Of a DNA stretch of 64,000 nt, positions 38,064 through 47,970 are shown piece after piece. The position numbers and the translations under genes are program-made. The number at the start of each line of letters is the position of its first letter. Position 1 is the stretch's first letter. Source of the DNA: Oligoflexales bacterium. Lineage in GTDB: Bacteria; Bdellovibrionota_B; Oligoflexia; Oligoflexales; CAIYRB01. The notes under the pieces were generated by a model, which worked only from the letters and a program-made list of their open reading frames with translations, searched no databases and had not been told where the DNA came from. Location: the NCBI GenBank assembly GCA_041736175.1, contig JBGSUI010000188.1, positions 25,829 to 89,828 of the forward strand, given 5' to 3'.

Positions 38064-38200
38064 CTCAGGGTGGGCTCTGTATGATGCAGAGGTCGGCATT
38101 CGACAGCGAGGGGCCAATGGTGGCACTCGGTGGCAGAGGCTTGCTCAACGCAGGCTTACCTGAGGACGATCGTTGTATGGCTTTTCCAGGGTAGAGTCAA
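38064..38200 (-). promoter_or_regulatory. Putative S10-operon promoter and structured 5' leader
   Basis: Minus-strand TTGACT (38200-38195), 17 bp, TACAAC (imperfect -10), followed by a GC-rich multi-hairpin element at 38064-38164. Confidence 0.45.
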
Positions 38201-38244
38201 CGAATAATTGGGTGAGGATGAATTTTTTTTACGGGAGACTCTGA

Positions 38245-39069
38245 ATGGGTCAGCAGATTTTAGTGCGAATGGAGCAGAAATGGTTAGCCACACTGTTTTT
38301 TATAGTCTTCAGTCATGCAAGATGTGTCACCGATCCAAATCACCAATTACCCCCAAAACCGTTGGGCCCTTCTACAGCACCAGCATTAGTTAAACAGAGC
38401 TTTGGAACAGCTGGGACATCTTTTGATGCGTTATTCATAGGTCCAAAAATGATCTTGAGGCCATCTAGTCGCCCCAAAGATCTTAACCCTGATAGGCCAT
38501 GCCTGCTCTTTATCGGCACCCCCCTTAAGGATGGTATGGTATTTTTAGACCATCTGGCACGGGACATGGAGCGAACTGGGGAAGAAACCTACCGATTCGT
38601 CACAACCACCGATCCAACTATAGATGGGGGAAACACGGCACCAATCACTCTAGGAGGAACCCTTACAGGTGAGTTATGGCGAGGCGATCCTGCAAAGGGC
38701 GGCACCTTAATCATTAAAGCACTTGGGGTATCTGAGGTAAAGCTCCACGAGACAGCCACTAAGCGCCCGATTCCCGAACATCTCCGAGAAAAAGTTTACA
38801 GCCTCGTAAGTACCGACCGGGACATGGTGGCTATCCCCCTATTCGGAGACGAAAAAAGCGAAGTACGTTCCATTCGGGTAAGATTAAGGGAGCTTAGGGC
38901 AGATCCTACAGTCCGAGGATGGTTGTTAAAAGAGCCTCATCTCGTCGTATTTGAAAACTCTGCAGCGATCGCCGCGGACGAGGCCGATGAGGGGTCGTTC
39001 CTCAAAGGTAAGATCAGAATTCGCGGCAAATTTTATGCATCAACGTTCGAGCGGGTCCCGCCCCCTTGA
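38245..39069 (+). CDS. Hypothetical secreted/lipoprotein
   Basis: 274-aa ORF with hydrophobic leader and Cys, Pro-rich linker; no family recognised. Confidence 0.65.
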   Translation: MGQQILVRMEQKWLATLFFIVFSHARCVTDPNHQLPPKPLGPSTAPALVKQSFGTAGTSFDALFIGPKMILRPSSRPKDLNPDRPCLLFIGTPLKDGMVFLDHLARDMERTGEETYRFVTTTDPTIDGGNTAPITLGGTLTGELWRGDPAKGGTLIIKALGVSEVKLHETATKRPIPEHLREKVYSLVSTDRDMVAIPLFGDEKSEVRSIRVRLRELRADPTVRGWLLKEPHLVVFENSAAIAADEADEGSFLKGKIRIRGKFYASTFERVPPP

Positions 39070-39076
39070 TCTTGAG

Positions 39077-40078
39077 CTACTGATTAAGGAGAACAACCTT
39101 AGATTTACGCCTCTGTTCAACAACCCACCTTTTAGTCTGTTCTTGGAGTTCCAAGAACAGCAATTCGTCTTGTAACTTAACTTTATTAGCAAGAAATCCA
39201 CGACTGGCCGTAAACTGCTTATTCTCTAGCAAAAACAGGTACCAACCCATGGGAGTCTTGATAGGAGAGGTGAACTGGCCGGGTTCCAGCTTTTGAATTT
39301 CTGATTGAAGGATTTGGTTTAAGTCGCCTAATTTAAGGGGAGGTAGCTGCCCCCCGTTCTCTCTGGCCTTTGGATCATCGCTATAGACTTTTGCAATCAC
39401 AGGAAAAGGACTGCCATCGACAAGTTTTTGATAGACCTGTTTTGCCAAAACGCTCTTGGCTGCCATGACCTCACTAGGAGCATCTTTGGGTACCGAGATT
39501 AGGATCTGCCTTAATTGCAGTTCTATGGATTCCTTACTATCCCCAGTCTTTTTAAGGTAGTAGGTCTCAAGGTCTCTATCGGTTATCTTGATAAGCGGCC
39601 GGATGATCCTTCCTTGAAATCGCTGTAATCTTAAATAGTCTTTGGCATCCTGAAAGTAATCCTCATAAGCAACGCCCTCCTGGGCTAGCCTTTGCTTGAG
39701 CTGGTCCCGGCTAAGCTGGAGCCTTTTCAAGTTTTGATCGATTTCCTTGTCAACATCACTGTCTTCGACCTCAATGCCTAATTCATCCGCCTTGAGAGTC
39801 GCTAGCTTCCAGTTGATGGCATCATTAAGCGCCCTTTCAAAGGGCGGAGATTTATCGGTCGAAGGATGATCCGAAATGACGACAAGTGGTCCAGCCTCGA
39901 TTTTTTCCGTAACCTCAGAGAGTAACACCGGACTTCCGTCAACAATTGCTACAATGCGATCGACTAATTCCTCGCTTTGCACAGCTTTTGGCCACAAAAA
40001 CAGGGAGAGCAACATCACGCCTGTGAAAACCTTAAGTTTCTGCCTTCGCTCAATCCCAACCAAAAAGTGCTCAGTCAC
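39077..40078 (-). CDS. surA: SurA-like periplasmic chaperone/parvulin PPIase
   Basis: VDRIVAIVD SurA N-terminus; LRQILI, AKVYSDDP...GG.L, PIKTPMGW. Confidence 0.8.
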   Translation of the reverse strand: MTEHFLVGIERRQKLKVFTGVMLLSLFLWPKAVQSEELVDRIVAIVDGSPVLLSEVTEKIEAGPLVVISDHPSTDKSPPFERALNDAINWKLATLKADELGIEVEDSDVDKEIDQNLKRLQLSRDQLKQRLAQEGVAYEDYFQDAKDYLRLQRFQGRIIRPLIKITDRDLETYYLKKTGDSKESIELQLRQILISVPKDAPSEVMAAKSVLAKQVYQKLVDGSPFPVIAKVYSDDPKARENGGQLPPLKLGDLNQILQSEIQKLEPGQFTSPIKTPMGWYLFLLENKQFTASRGFLANKVKLQDELLFLELQEQTKRWVVEQRRKSKVVLLNQ

Positions 40079-40122
40079 AAGATCCCTCTCAAACTAATTC
40101 GGTCATGCCGACCATATTACAA

Positions 40123-41205
40123 TTACCATATATATTTTAGAGACCTGACGCCCGCAACCGGTAGCTTTGCAAGTGCTCTTTCCATCCATTTTTGGTATTC
40201 CGCCGCCCTTTTCTGTCGGAATAAAATATCCCTTATTTCCTCCGTAACTTCATCTTTATTTTTGCTTCCGTGACTAACTCTTCTTTCTAACATCATAATA
40301 TGATAGCCATAGTCTGATCGAATCACATCACTGATCTGTTGAGGTTGCATAGAAAACGCCCGATCGAACACAGGAATAAGCCCCCCCTTTGAATACGGCG
40401 GCAGGGCGCCTCCCTCGGAGCCTTCTGGCGCTATGGAGTATTTTTTAGCAAGGTTGACAAAATTTTTGGGATTGATCATAGCTCGTACTTTTTGTGCCAC
40501 TGCTTCGTCCCCAATCAAAATATGCCGTATTTCTACGATGTCTCGTTTGGTGAAGTATTTTAAGTTATCTTGGTAATGGGCATTGATTTCATTCTCTGTA
40601 ATCACAATCCTAGGATCAATGACTTCCTTAAGGTATTGTTGGAGCAAACTTTTTTCACAGAGTGCTTCTTTGACAAATTTTGAGTCACGAAATCTGCTCG
40701 GAGAGTTCACCGAAAGCGCTTCGACCTTTTGCCAATCCGATATGCATGAAAGGTATCGTTCCGGTTTGTCGATCGCAAACGTCTCGTCTTGCAAGAGATA
40801 GCCGTAGAGGACTTTTCTTTCGACAATCATGGGAAGAAGCGATTTTTCGAGCGCTTCTTCTAAGGTTGGGGACAATTCGTTTCCATTGGTCATTCCAAAC
40901 TGTTCTACTTTGATTTGGTTTTTTATGAGTTGGATTTCCCACTCCAAATCTTGATTGCTAACTTGGGTATCGCCGACTTCAATAATATACTCATTGGCAT
41001 TGCCCCTAAACCGACTTAGTTGAGACACCTCGTCTCCATAATTGTCGGGTAGTAAGAGCGCCCTAAAAAAGCCTTGATTTTGGACCTTCCATATCGATGA
41101 TCCAATATAAAAAAGGACCGCCATTGCTGCCAAGATAGAGACGGTCCTGATAATAAAACGATTTTTTAGAAACGTTTGATCATCGATTTTTTTGTCGTCG
41201 CCCAT
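40123..41205 (-). CDS. Membrane-anchored parvulin-type peptidyl-prolyl isomerase
   Basis: N-terminal TM; IRHILI, LAKKYS..PEG..GG.L, SDYGYHI. Confidence 0.85.
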   Translation of the reverse strand: MGDDKKIDDQTFLKNRFIIRTVSILAAMAVLFYIGSSIWKVQNQGFFRALLLPDNYGDEVSQLSRFRGNANEYIIEVGDTQVSNQDLEWEIQLIKNQIKVEQFGMTNGNELSPTLEEALEKSLLPMIVERKVLYGYLLQDETFAIDKPERYLSCISDWQKVEALSVNSPSRFRDSKFVKEALCEKSLLQQYLKEVIDPRIVITENEINAHYQDNLKYFTKRDIVEIRHILIGDEAVAQKVRAMINPKNFVNLAKKYSIAPEGSEGGALPPYSKGGLIPVFDRAFSMQPQQISDVIRSDYGYHIMMLERRVSHGSKNKDEVTEEIRDILFRQKRAAEYQKWMERALAKLPVAGVRSLKYIW

Positions 41206-41282
41206 AGATTCTCCAGATTTCCTAAGTCTCTTGACTCTATTTTACCATAGCCACCAAATGAGCCGATCCTAGGTTAAAACCA

Positions 41283-44200
41283 CTATGACCAGAACACGCT
41301 CAGTTTAGCGACAAGGAGGATGATTTTGTCGATTATTTCTAAGGAATTGGTAATCGAACCAAAACCCCCATCCTTGACCAACACTCCCTTTTTAGGGAGC
41401 GGCCGGTACACAAGGGGCTGAGAGTCTATAGCTTTTAAAATACCGGCTGCAATCGCCTTATCTGGATCCTTAAAATACAGTTCGATACCGATTTTCGTGA
41501 ATATGAGAGATTCGACACTCATTTTACGTAGATCAATTTTGAGACTTGCTATCCGGTAGATCACAATCATCTCTGGGGGAGGAATTCCATAGCAGTCTTT
41601 AAGACCTTCATAGACAGACTCTAACTCCTCATGATTTTCACAAGCAAATAAATTTTTATAAATCCGCAAGCGCTCCTTTTCATTTTGAATGTATTCTGTT
41701 GGGATAAAGACATCGACTGGAATTTTAATTTCCACATCAAATCGCTGTTGATTTGGTTCTCCCTTTAAGAGGCTAATGGATTCAAGCAGGAGATCCCGAT
41801 ATATTTCCAGCCCCAGATCCTGCACGTGCCCGGATTGGGAGTCACCAAGTAGTTCACCTGCTCCACGAAGCTCAAGATCACGATTAGCGATTAAAAAGCC
41901 AGCTCCCAGCTCTTGATGACTGGCGATAATATCGAGTTTTTTAAGAGACTCTTCGCTTAGCCTCCCTTTGGATTCGACCAACAAATAAGCATAAGCCTGA
42001 ACGTTAGACCGTCCGACGCGGCCCCTGATCTGGTAGAGCTGCGCCAAGCCAAACCGATCTGCCTTATCGACAATCAGGGTATTGACGTTGGGCATATCGA
42101 TGCCAGCTTCAATGATCGTCGTACAAAGCAAGAGATCGTATTTGTGGTTTAGAAAGTCCCGAATCACTTGTTCGAGATGGTGTTCCCCCATTTTCCCGTG
42201 GGCGACTGCTATACGAGCATCTGGACAATATCGCGCGATTTTAAGGGCGAATTGGTCTATATCTTGCACCCTATTATGAACAAAGAAGATCTGTCCTCCC
42301 CGAGCAATTTCTTGGGTTATTGCTTTAGAAATAATCTCTTCATCGAATGGGGCAATCACGGTCTTAATGGGCAAGCGTTGTCTGGGGGGCGTCGCTATCA
42401 CTGAGATATCCCGTAAGCCAAGCAGTGCCATATGGAGGGTCCTTGGAATCGGTGTGGCACTTAACGTCAACACATGGGCTTTCTCCCGGAGCTTTTTGAG
42501 TTTCTCTTTATGCAGAACTCCAAACCGCTGCTCCTCATCAACCACCAATAACCCTAGTTTAGCTGGCTTGACGTCTTTAGATAATAATCGGTGGGTTCCG
42601 ATAAGGATATCAACCGCCCCCCTGGATAAATCCTCGAGTGATTTGACAACCTGTTTTTGGGGGACAAATCTATTTGCATGGTCCACTCGAACCCCATATT
42701 TTTCCATTCTCTTACTAAATGTCGAGAAATGTTGATAACAGAGAACTGTCGTGGGGACCAATATGAGGACCTGATAACCCTCTAGCACCGTGCGCATAGC
42801 CGCCCTTAAGGCGATCTCTGTTTTACCAAACCCAACGTCTCCACAGACTAACCGGTCCATAGGTCGGCCAGACCTAAAATCCTGTTCGACCTCCTCTAAG
42901 ACTTTGACCTGATCGTCCGTCTCCTCATAAGGAAAGTCACCTTCAAAGCTAAAAAAAGTCTCATCAGGCTCTACATAGTGATAGCCTTTCGCCACAAGAC
43001 GTTTAGCCTGTTCTGTGAGGAGCTGCCTTGCTATTTCAAGGGTTTCTAACTTGACTTTTTGTTTCTTGGCTTCAAAAGATCCACCTAAGCGGTCCAAGGC
43101 CCGTTGATGGGAATGGTCCGTAGAGATTTCATATCGGCTGAGTGCATTGAGACGATCAACTGGAAGATATATTTTATCATTACCAGCATACTCAAGAATC
43201 AAGAATTCAGTTTGTTGGCCACCAATCGCAAGCTTGGAAAGACCCAAGTAGCGACCCACACCATGCTGGTGATGAACAACTAAATCCTTTACATTGAGAT
43301 CCCCAAAATTTTGAAAGGTGCTGCTAAGCTTTCTTTTTGAACTCAGATTAGCCTTGGGACTGATACCTAGGAGCCTATAATCAGGAATAAGGATTTTGTT
43401 TTCGATTTCAAGGTAAACAGCCTGACTTAGAAAACCCAACTGTAGGAGAATACTTTCTTGTGCAGGATTAGGAGGCAGATTTTCACGAGCGGTGACGATT
43501 GGCAAATTTCTTGCACCAAGAAGACTTTTAATTCTTTCTTGGCGTTCCGTATTTTGTGTCAAAATGGTAATAGAGGTTTGATTCGATAAATACTCTTTTA
43601 ACGATTCCATCCAGTGTTCAAAGGGATCGTCTTTTTGGCCTTTAAGGTTGACAATCTCCCAAAGCCCGCCTTGATGGCCTCCCCCAATCTGGGAGTCGGC
43701 CACTGGTTTGATACCTGTAAAATCAACGGATCTTCCTTTTACGAGATCCGAAAAAGATTCCATAGATTGGCCGGCAAAATGCTCCTCTAAATCCGATGAA
43801 GGCACTTTTTTTTCTTTATCTTTCGCTAGGGCGATCCGGATATCCTCCATAACCCCCTCGTGGGCCATCATGGTTTGATGGATCCCGTCGGCAAATATCC
43901 AAAGGGACTCTCTCGGGAGATAATTCAAACCAGGCTCAGTCTTACCGTTCAAAAACGGCAAATAATGGGCCACAGTATTAGAAAGCTCGCCCCGCTTAAA
44001 GCTTTCGACAAGCTCTAATCGCTCCGCATTCCCAACGCCTCTATCTAAGGCCTGCGAATACAAGGACTGAACAAGTTGTTGCCGTTGGCTTTCGGAAAAA
44101 TAAAATTCTGAGGCTGGAGCAAGGATTGCCTCATTTAAACTTTCTATGGAACGCTGGTCAGCCCGGTCAAAAAAGCGTATGGACTTAATCTCATCGAGGA

Positions 44201-44798
44201 AGATTTCTACCCGTATGGGGTGTGGATAGAGAGGTGAAAAAAAGTCTACAATACCACCTCTCATGCTAAAATTACCTTCAACCTCTACGGAATAACTTTC
44301 TCGGTAACCTAATGCCAATAAATTGGCTTTTACCTGGTCAGGATCCAACTCCGATCCAATCTTTAGGGGCATTAGGCCACGAAGCAACTCGTCCTTTGGC
44401 TTGGTCACCTGAAGGAGCCCAGTAAGCGTTGTGAGAATCAGTTGGTTTTGACCAGAATTGATTAGCTTTAGTAAACTATGCTGTCTTTGAATCCTTTGGT
44501 TTCGGTGGTCCACATACCGATCTGTGCCATAATTAGAAATATAGGGAAGAACGGTGACCGTATCTTGGGTCCAAGGCTTTTCGCGAAAGATCCATTGAAA
44601 ATGGGTAAACCATTTGGAAAGATCTTTTTGGTGTTCAACCAAAAAAACGACCTTTGAATACTTATTTTTCGAGATCAACTGTGCTGATAAAAGCTCTTTA
44701 ATGGCATCATCACAAGTAGGAATCTGATAACTGAGCCCTTTTTCAAAGGACTTAAAGATACTATCTAAAAGCCCCTGTAAACAGTTTCCATAAATCAT
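41283..44798 (-). CDS. mfd: Transcription-repair coupling factor Mfd
   Basis: RGGIVDFF, VVH..HGVG CarD/RID, GDVGFGKT, DEEQRFGV, SATPIPRTL, QIRGRVGR, DLELRGAG. ATG at 44798 overlaps the top6A stop (TGATG). Confidence 0.97.
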   Translation of the reverse strand: MIYGNCLQGLLDSIFKSFEKGLSYQIPTCDDAIKELLSAQLISKNKYSKVVFLVEHQKDLSKWFTHFQWIFREKPWTQDTVTVLPYISNYGTDRYVDHRNQRIQRQHSLLKLINSGQNQLILTTLTGLLQVTKPKDELLRGLMPLKIGSELDPDQVKANLLALGYRESYSVEVEGNFSMRGGIVDFFSPLYPHPIRVEIFLDEIKSIRFFDRADQRSIESLNEAILAPASEFYFSESQRQQLVQSLYSQALDRGVGNAERLELVESFKRGELSNTVAHYLPFLNGKTEPGLNYLPRESLWIFADGIHQTMMAHEGVMEDIRIALAKDKEKKVPSSDLEEHFAGQSMESFSDLVKGRSVDFTGIKPVADSQIGGGHQGGLWEIVNLKGQKDDPFEHWMESLKEYLSNQTSITILTQNTERQERIKSLLGARNLPIVTARENLPPNPAQESILLQLGFLSQAVYLEIENKILIPDYRLLGISPKANLSSKRKLSSTFQNFGDLNVKDLVVHHQHGVGRYLGLSKLAIGGQQTEFLILEYAGNDKIYLPVDRLNALSRYEISTDHSHQRALDRLGGSFEAKKQKVKLETLEIARQLLTEQAKRLVAKGYHYVEPDETFFSFEGDFPYEETDDQVKVLEEVEQDFRSGRPMDRLVCGDVGFGKTEIALRAAMRTVLEGYQVLILVPTTVLCYQHFSTFSKRMEKYGVRVDHANRFVPQKQVVKSLEDLSRGAVDILIGTHRLLSKDVKPAKLGLLVVDEEQRFGVLHKEKLKKLREKAHVLTLSATPIPRTLHMALLGLRDISVIATPPRQRLPIKTVIAPFDEEIISKAITQEIARGGQIFFVHNRVQDIDQFALKIARYCPDARIAVAHGKMGEHHLEQVIRDFLNHKYDLLLCTTIIEAGIDMPNVNTLIVDKADRFGLAQLYQIRGRVGRSNVQAYAYLLVESKGRLSEESLKKLDIIASHQELGAGFLIANRDLELRGAGELLGDSQSGHVQDLGLEIYRDLLLESISLLKGEPNQQRFDVEIKIPVDVFIPTEYIQNEKERLRIYKNLFACENHEELESVYEGLKDCYGIPPPEMIVIYRIASLKIDLRKMSVESLIFTKIGIELYFKDPDKAIAAGILKAIDSQPLVYRPLPKKGVLVKDGGFGSITNSLEIIDKIILLVAKLSVFWS

Positions 44799-45979
44799 CA
44801 AATAAAATCTCGTTTTTTGATTTTATCAATAATGATCTTTTCCATTCCCTGAGGATCCCTTGGGTTTACAGATATAAACGATTGCTGCTCGCAACGTCGT
44901 TTATTTTTAACAAGCCACTCTAATATACCCTTTAAGTCCGCATTTTTTTTGTCTTTGAAAAATGGATCGTTTGCCAGTGCATCTTTAGCTTTCTTTAGCG
45001 ACCGTGCCTCCTGTGGATCATTCTCTCTCACAGGGTAGTCTACAAGATCATACTGCTGGATATCTTTTGGAAGCACTCCTAAAAACCTCACTTCGGGTGC
45101 ACAGAAATCCGAGTTTCTGATCAAAGATGATGCCGACCCTGCCTTAAGGGTTCTGTAGATATTTTGCATTGTATAGGCATCAAGGTCTCCAAAGAAATAG
45201 AGTGGGACTTTAAGTTGATCTTGGATCCTACGCACCCAAGCTCTCACGGCATTTGAAGGGACCCCTTGTGCACCAACGACAATACAGTTATGACGTTTCG
45301 TAAATCCATTGGCTACCAAGGTATTAGCCGTTCCCTGTGATTCAATGACAATACAAAACTCAATGGGAGTCTTAGCCGTTAGCCTAAGATTTTGGGGCCG
45401 ATTGCGAGGCTGGTAGGGAGCCGTGCCCAGAGTCGAAAGGTCAACAGTCGCCACACTGCCATCCAGTTCTGTCTCATTAACTATTAACTGTTTAGAATAG
45501 GTTTGGCCACCCCGATCATCTGCCACACAGTTAAGCTCTTCTCGATAAGCCTCCATCATTTCGCACAAAAAATCGATCACAGAATCTGATTCGTCCTGGT
45601 CCTGAAAATCTAGTGGCCTCAATTTGCTTTCATGTTTGATAAGACCCTTGGCAACATAATAAAGCTCTCTTTTTGTGTTGATATTTGAAATTTCTACATT
45701 GCGGAGCAAAATTTCTAACATAAAAATTGCCCGGGTAATTTTTTTAACCGAAGTCGCATTGAGTTCAGAAGTCACCTTTTTACTACCTGGTGACAAGTAT
45801 CCGATTTTACTATTATAATGAGCATTGTCAAGAGCGCATTTAGTCGCCTTCAGCACAGGTCTTCGAGCTTTCTCCAAATCTGCTAACATTCTTTCACATA
45901 GATCCTGCCCTAAGTGAATAACGTCACTCTCCGTTTTTTTGACGCGTCTAAACTGGCTATTGATTTCCAATGGATGCAC
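44798..45979 (-). CDS. top6A: DNA topoisomerase VI subunit A (Spo11-like)
   Basis: TKRELYY catalytic Tyr, FQDQDESD, TOPRIM IVIE and GDLD, C-terminal EQQ. Confidence 0.9.
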   Translation of the reverse strand: MHPLEINSQFRRVKKTESDVIHLGQDLCERMLADLEKARRPVLKATKCALDNAHYNSKIGYLSPGSKKVTSELNATSVKKITRAIFMLEILLRNVEISNINTKRELYYVAKGLIKHESKLRPLDFQDQDESDSVIDFLCEMMEAYREELNCVADDRGGQTYSKQLIVNETELDGSVATVDLSTLGTAPYQPRNRPQNLRLTAKTPIEFCIVIESQGTANTLVANGFTKRHNCIVVGAQGVPSNAVRAWVRRIQDQLKVPLYFFGDLDAYTMQNIYRTLKAGSASSLIRNSDFCAPEVRFLGVLPKDIQQYDLVDYPVRENDPQEARSLKKAKDALANDPFFKDKKNADLKGILEWLVKNKRRCEQQSFISVNPRDPQGMEKIIIDKIKKRDFI

Positions 45980-46017
45980 TCCTCAGTGTACAGGTGAAAA
46001 TTCGCAGCCTTCTTAAA

Positions 46018-47892
46018 TCATACTTGGCGGCGATTTACCTTTGGTAGGGCTGTCTTTTCAACCTCTATTTGCGTCTTAGTCTCTTGCTCCGCCTCTTTGG
46101 AAATTGTATCGAAAAGGGTCGACATCTTCTGCCGCTTTTCTTCTAGATAATCAGCAAGTCGGTCCTCTGCAGCCGCTAAATCTTTGGCGATCCCTTTGGC
46201 ATCCGACTCCAATATTTTTGCAAGTCCTTTAGTCGCAACTTGCTTGCGACCTTCGGAAGCCCCTAAGATGCGCGCTAAGGCTTCGATTAAGATCGGCCCA
46301 AATTGTTCGATATGCTGAACTCTTTGCTCCAGTTCGTCTGCCTTATGCTCCCGAGCCAAATACCGGGACAACCTTTGACCGGTCTGCATTAGAGCTTTTC
46401 TCAGCTCTTCCACAAGCTCATCAGAGGCATCGATCGTTTCTTTGGAGGCGTTTTTAAAGCGAATAAACGGCGAAACAACGCTGATGGCAAAGATATAGGG
46501 TCCTTGGGGTAAACCACCACGGGGGTGTTTGAGTCCATAGGACCTCCAGTTAACGGAGGTGATCGCTCGCACGATCGCGCAGGACGCTTTGTCAAATTGG
46601 AGGGGGACTCTATTAGCAAAGCGAAGCACCTGGACTGATTCTTCTAAATCGACCCCACTGCGCTCCTTAAGCCTAGCAATGGCCACTTCGACTTGAACTG
46701 GCTTAAAGTCACAGATCGCAGGCTTCCGTGTCAGCACCGCAAAGTAATCGATCTCACCCAGCCGTCGGACGCTTAATGCTAGACTTTCTTCGCCGACGGC
46801 AATGACCGTCTGGGTGGAAGGTGCCATCAACTTGGCCTTTTGGATGCTGCCAAAAAGTAGTTTAAATTGCTCGTCCGTTAAAACATCAACTGATTTGTTT
46901 AAGATCGAAGCCGGTAACCCAGACTCTACAAGTCCTTGAAGCACGCCTTCATTGATCCTTGTAAAACCCTTTTTTAGCCACGATCCACAGCGGATTTTAC
47001 CGAAAAGGCGAGCATGAGAAATAAAATCTCCAAGCTTCATCGTATGGGGGTGGGGCTCGGTTGCAGTTGGAACTTTTGGGACTTGTTGAGAGCACCGGGG
47101 AATCGTGACCGAACCCACGTCAGAAATATCGTATTGGAGGGTTAAGTGGGGATTAAGAAGGACCGTACCCCTTAGATAATTTAATAGCCCCCCTTCACCG
47201 TTGACCTGGATGCGTCCATCCAGCTTAAACTCGACGACGGTTCCATGAGCAAAATCAACATCTATATATTGTTTATCCCTCAGGAGTCCTCTATTGTTTT
47301 TTAGGTCCATGTCCACGATACATGAGAAAGCCTTTTTCATACCTGCCTTGCGGGAGATAACCCGAGCACCTGTAGCCGTGGTCTGCATAGCCCAGGTTGT
47401 CGCGGCAGAAATGCCGATCCCTTGCTGGCCGCGAGAACAACGCCCCCGTCCGAACTTGCTTGACGCTAGATATTCACCAAAGACTTTTGCCACATCCTCT
47501 GGGTCTATCCCCGGACCATTATCTGCCACTCGAATCAAGATCAGATCGGTATTTTTAAGGGTACCGTTTCCCAACTTATGGACCGTAACCTTGATATCCG
47601 GCAAAATCTCCGCGTCTTCGCAGGCGTCAAGGGAGTTATCCACAGCTTCTTTAAGAGTCGTCAGGACCGCTTTGGTCGGTGACGAAAAACCGACCTGCTG
47701 TAAATTTTTAGAAAAATACTCCGCTGTGCTACTGGTCGTAATCTTTTGTGCCGATTGCCTCGCTTTATGAATCACGCGCTCAGCGACAGCCTGTTCTTCG
47801 TGGCTGGACCGGTCTTTGCCAGATTTGCCCTTGGAAGCCTTGACTGGGGGTTTACTTTTTTTAATATTTTTTGGGGAAGCCTTTTTTTTCAT
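46018..47892 (-). CDS. top6B: DNA topoisomerase VI subunit B (GHKL ATPase)
   Basis: KEAVDNSLDACE, DNGPG, SRGQQGIGISAA, PHPH, RFANRVPL, NWRSYGL, SKETI. Confidence 0.95.
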   Translation of the reverse strand: MKKKASPKNIKKSKPPVKASKGKSGKDRSSHEEQAVAERVIHKARQSAQKITTSSTAEYFSKNLQQVGFSSPTKAVLTTLKEAVDNSLDACEDAEILPDIKVTVHKLGNGTLKNTDLILIRVADNGPGIDPEDVAKVFGEYLASSKFGRGRCSRGQQGIGISAATTWAMQTTATGARVISRKAGMKKAFSCIVDMDLKNNRGLLRDKQYIDVDFAHGTVVEFKLDGRIQVNGEGGLLNYLRGTVLLNPHLTLQYDISDVGSVTIPRCSQQVPKVPTATEPHPHTMKLGDFISHARLFGKIRCGSWLKKGFTRINEGVLQGLVESGLPASILNKSVDVLTDEQFKLLFGSIQKAKLMAPSTQTVIAVGEESLALSVRRLGEIDYFAVLTRKPAICDFKPVQVEVAIARLKERSGVDLEESVQVLRFANRVPLQFDKASCAIVRAITSVNWRSYGLKHPRGGLPQGPYIFAISVVSPFIRFKNASKETIDASDELVEELRKALMQTGQRLSRYLAREHKADELEQRVQHIEQFGPILIEALARILGASEGRKQVATKGLAKILESDAKGIAKDLAAAEDRLADYLEEKRQKMSTLFDTISKEAEQETKTQIEVEKTALPKVNRRQV

Positions 47893-47970
47893 TGAAAAAT
47901 CCTTCTGAGATCTCGCCTAAACGTCGTCGAGAGATTCATGGACTGACGTACCTCGGCTATCGCGATCATA

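Noticed and set aside
38064..38164. tRNA (including tRNA-Sec) or SRP RNA
   Set aside because: No canonical anticodon/T-arm layout, CCA end or SRP GGAA-loop motif; kept only as an unassigned structured element.
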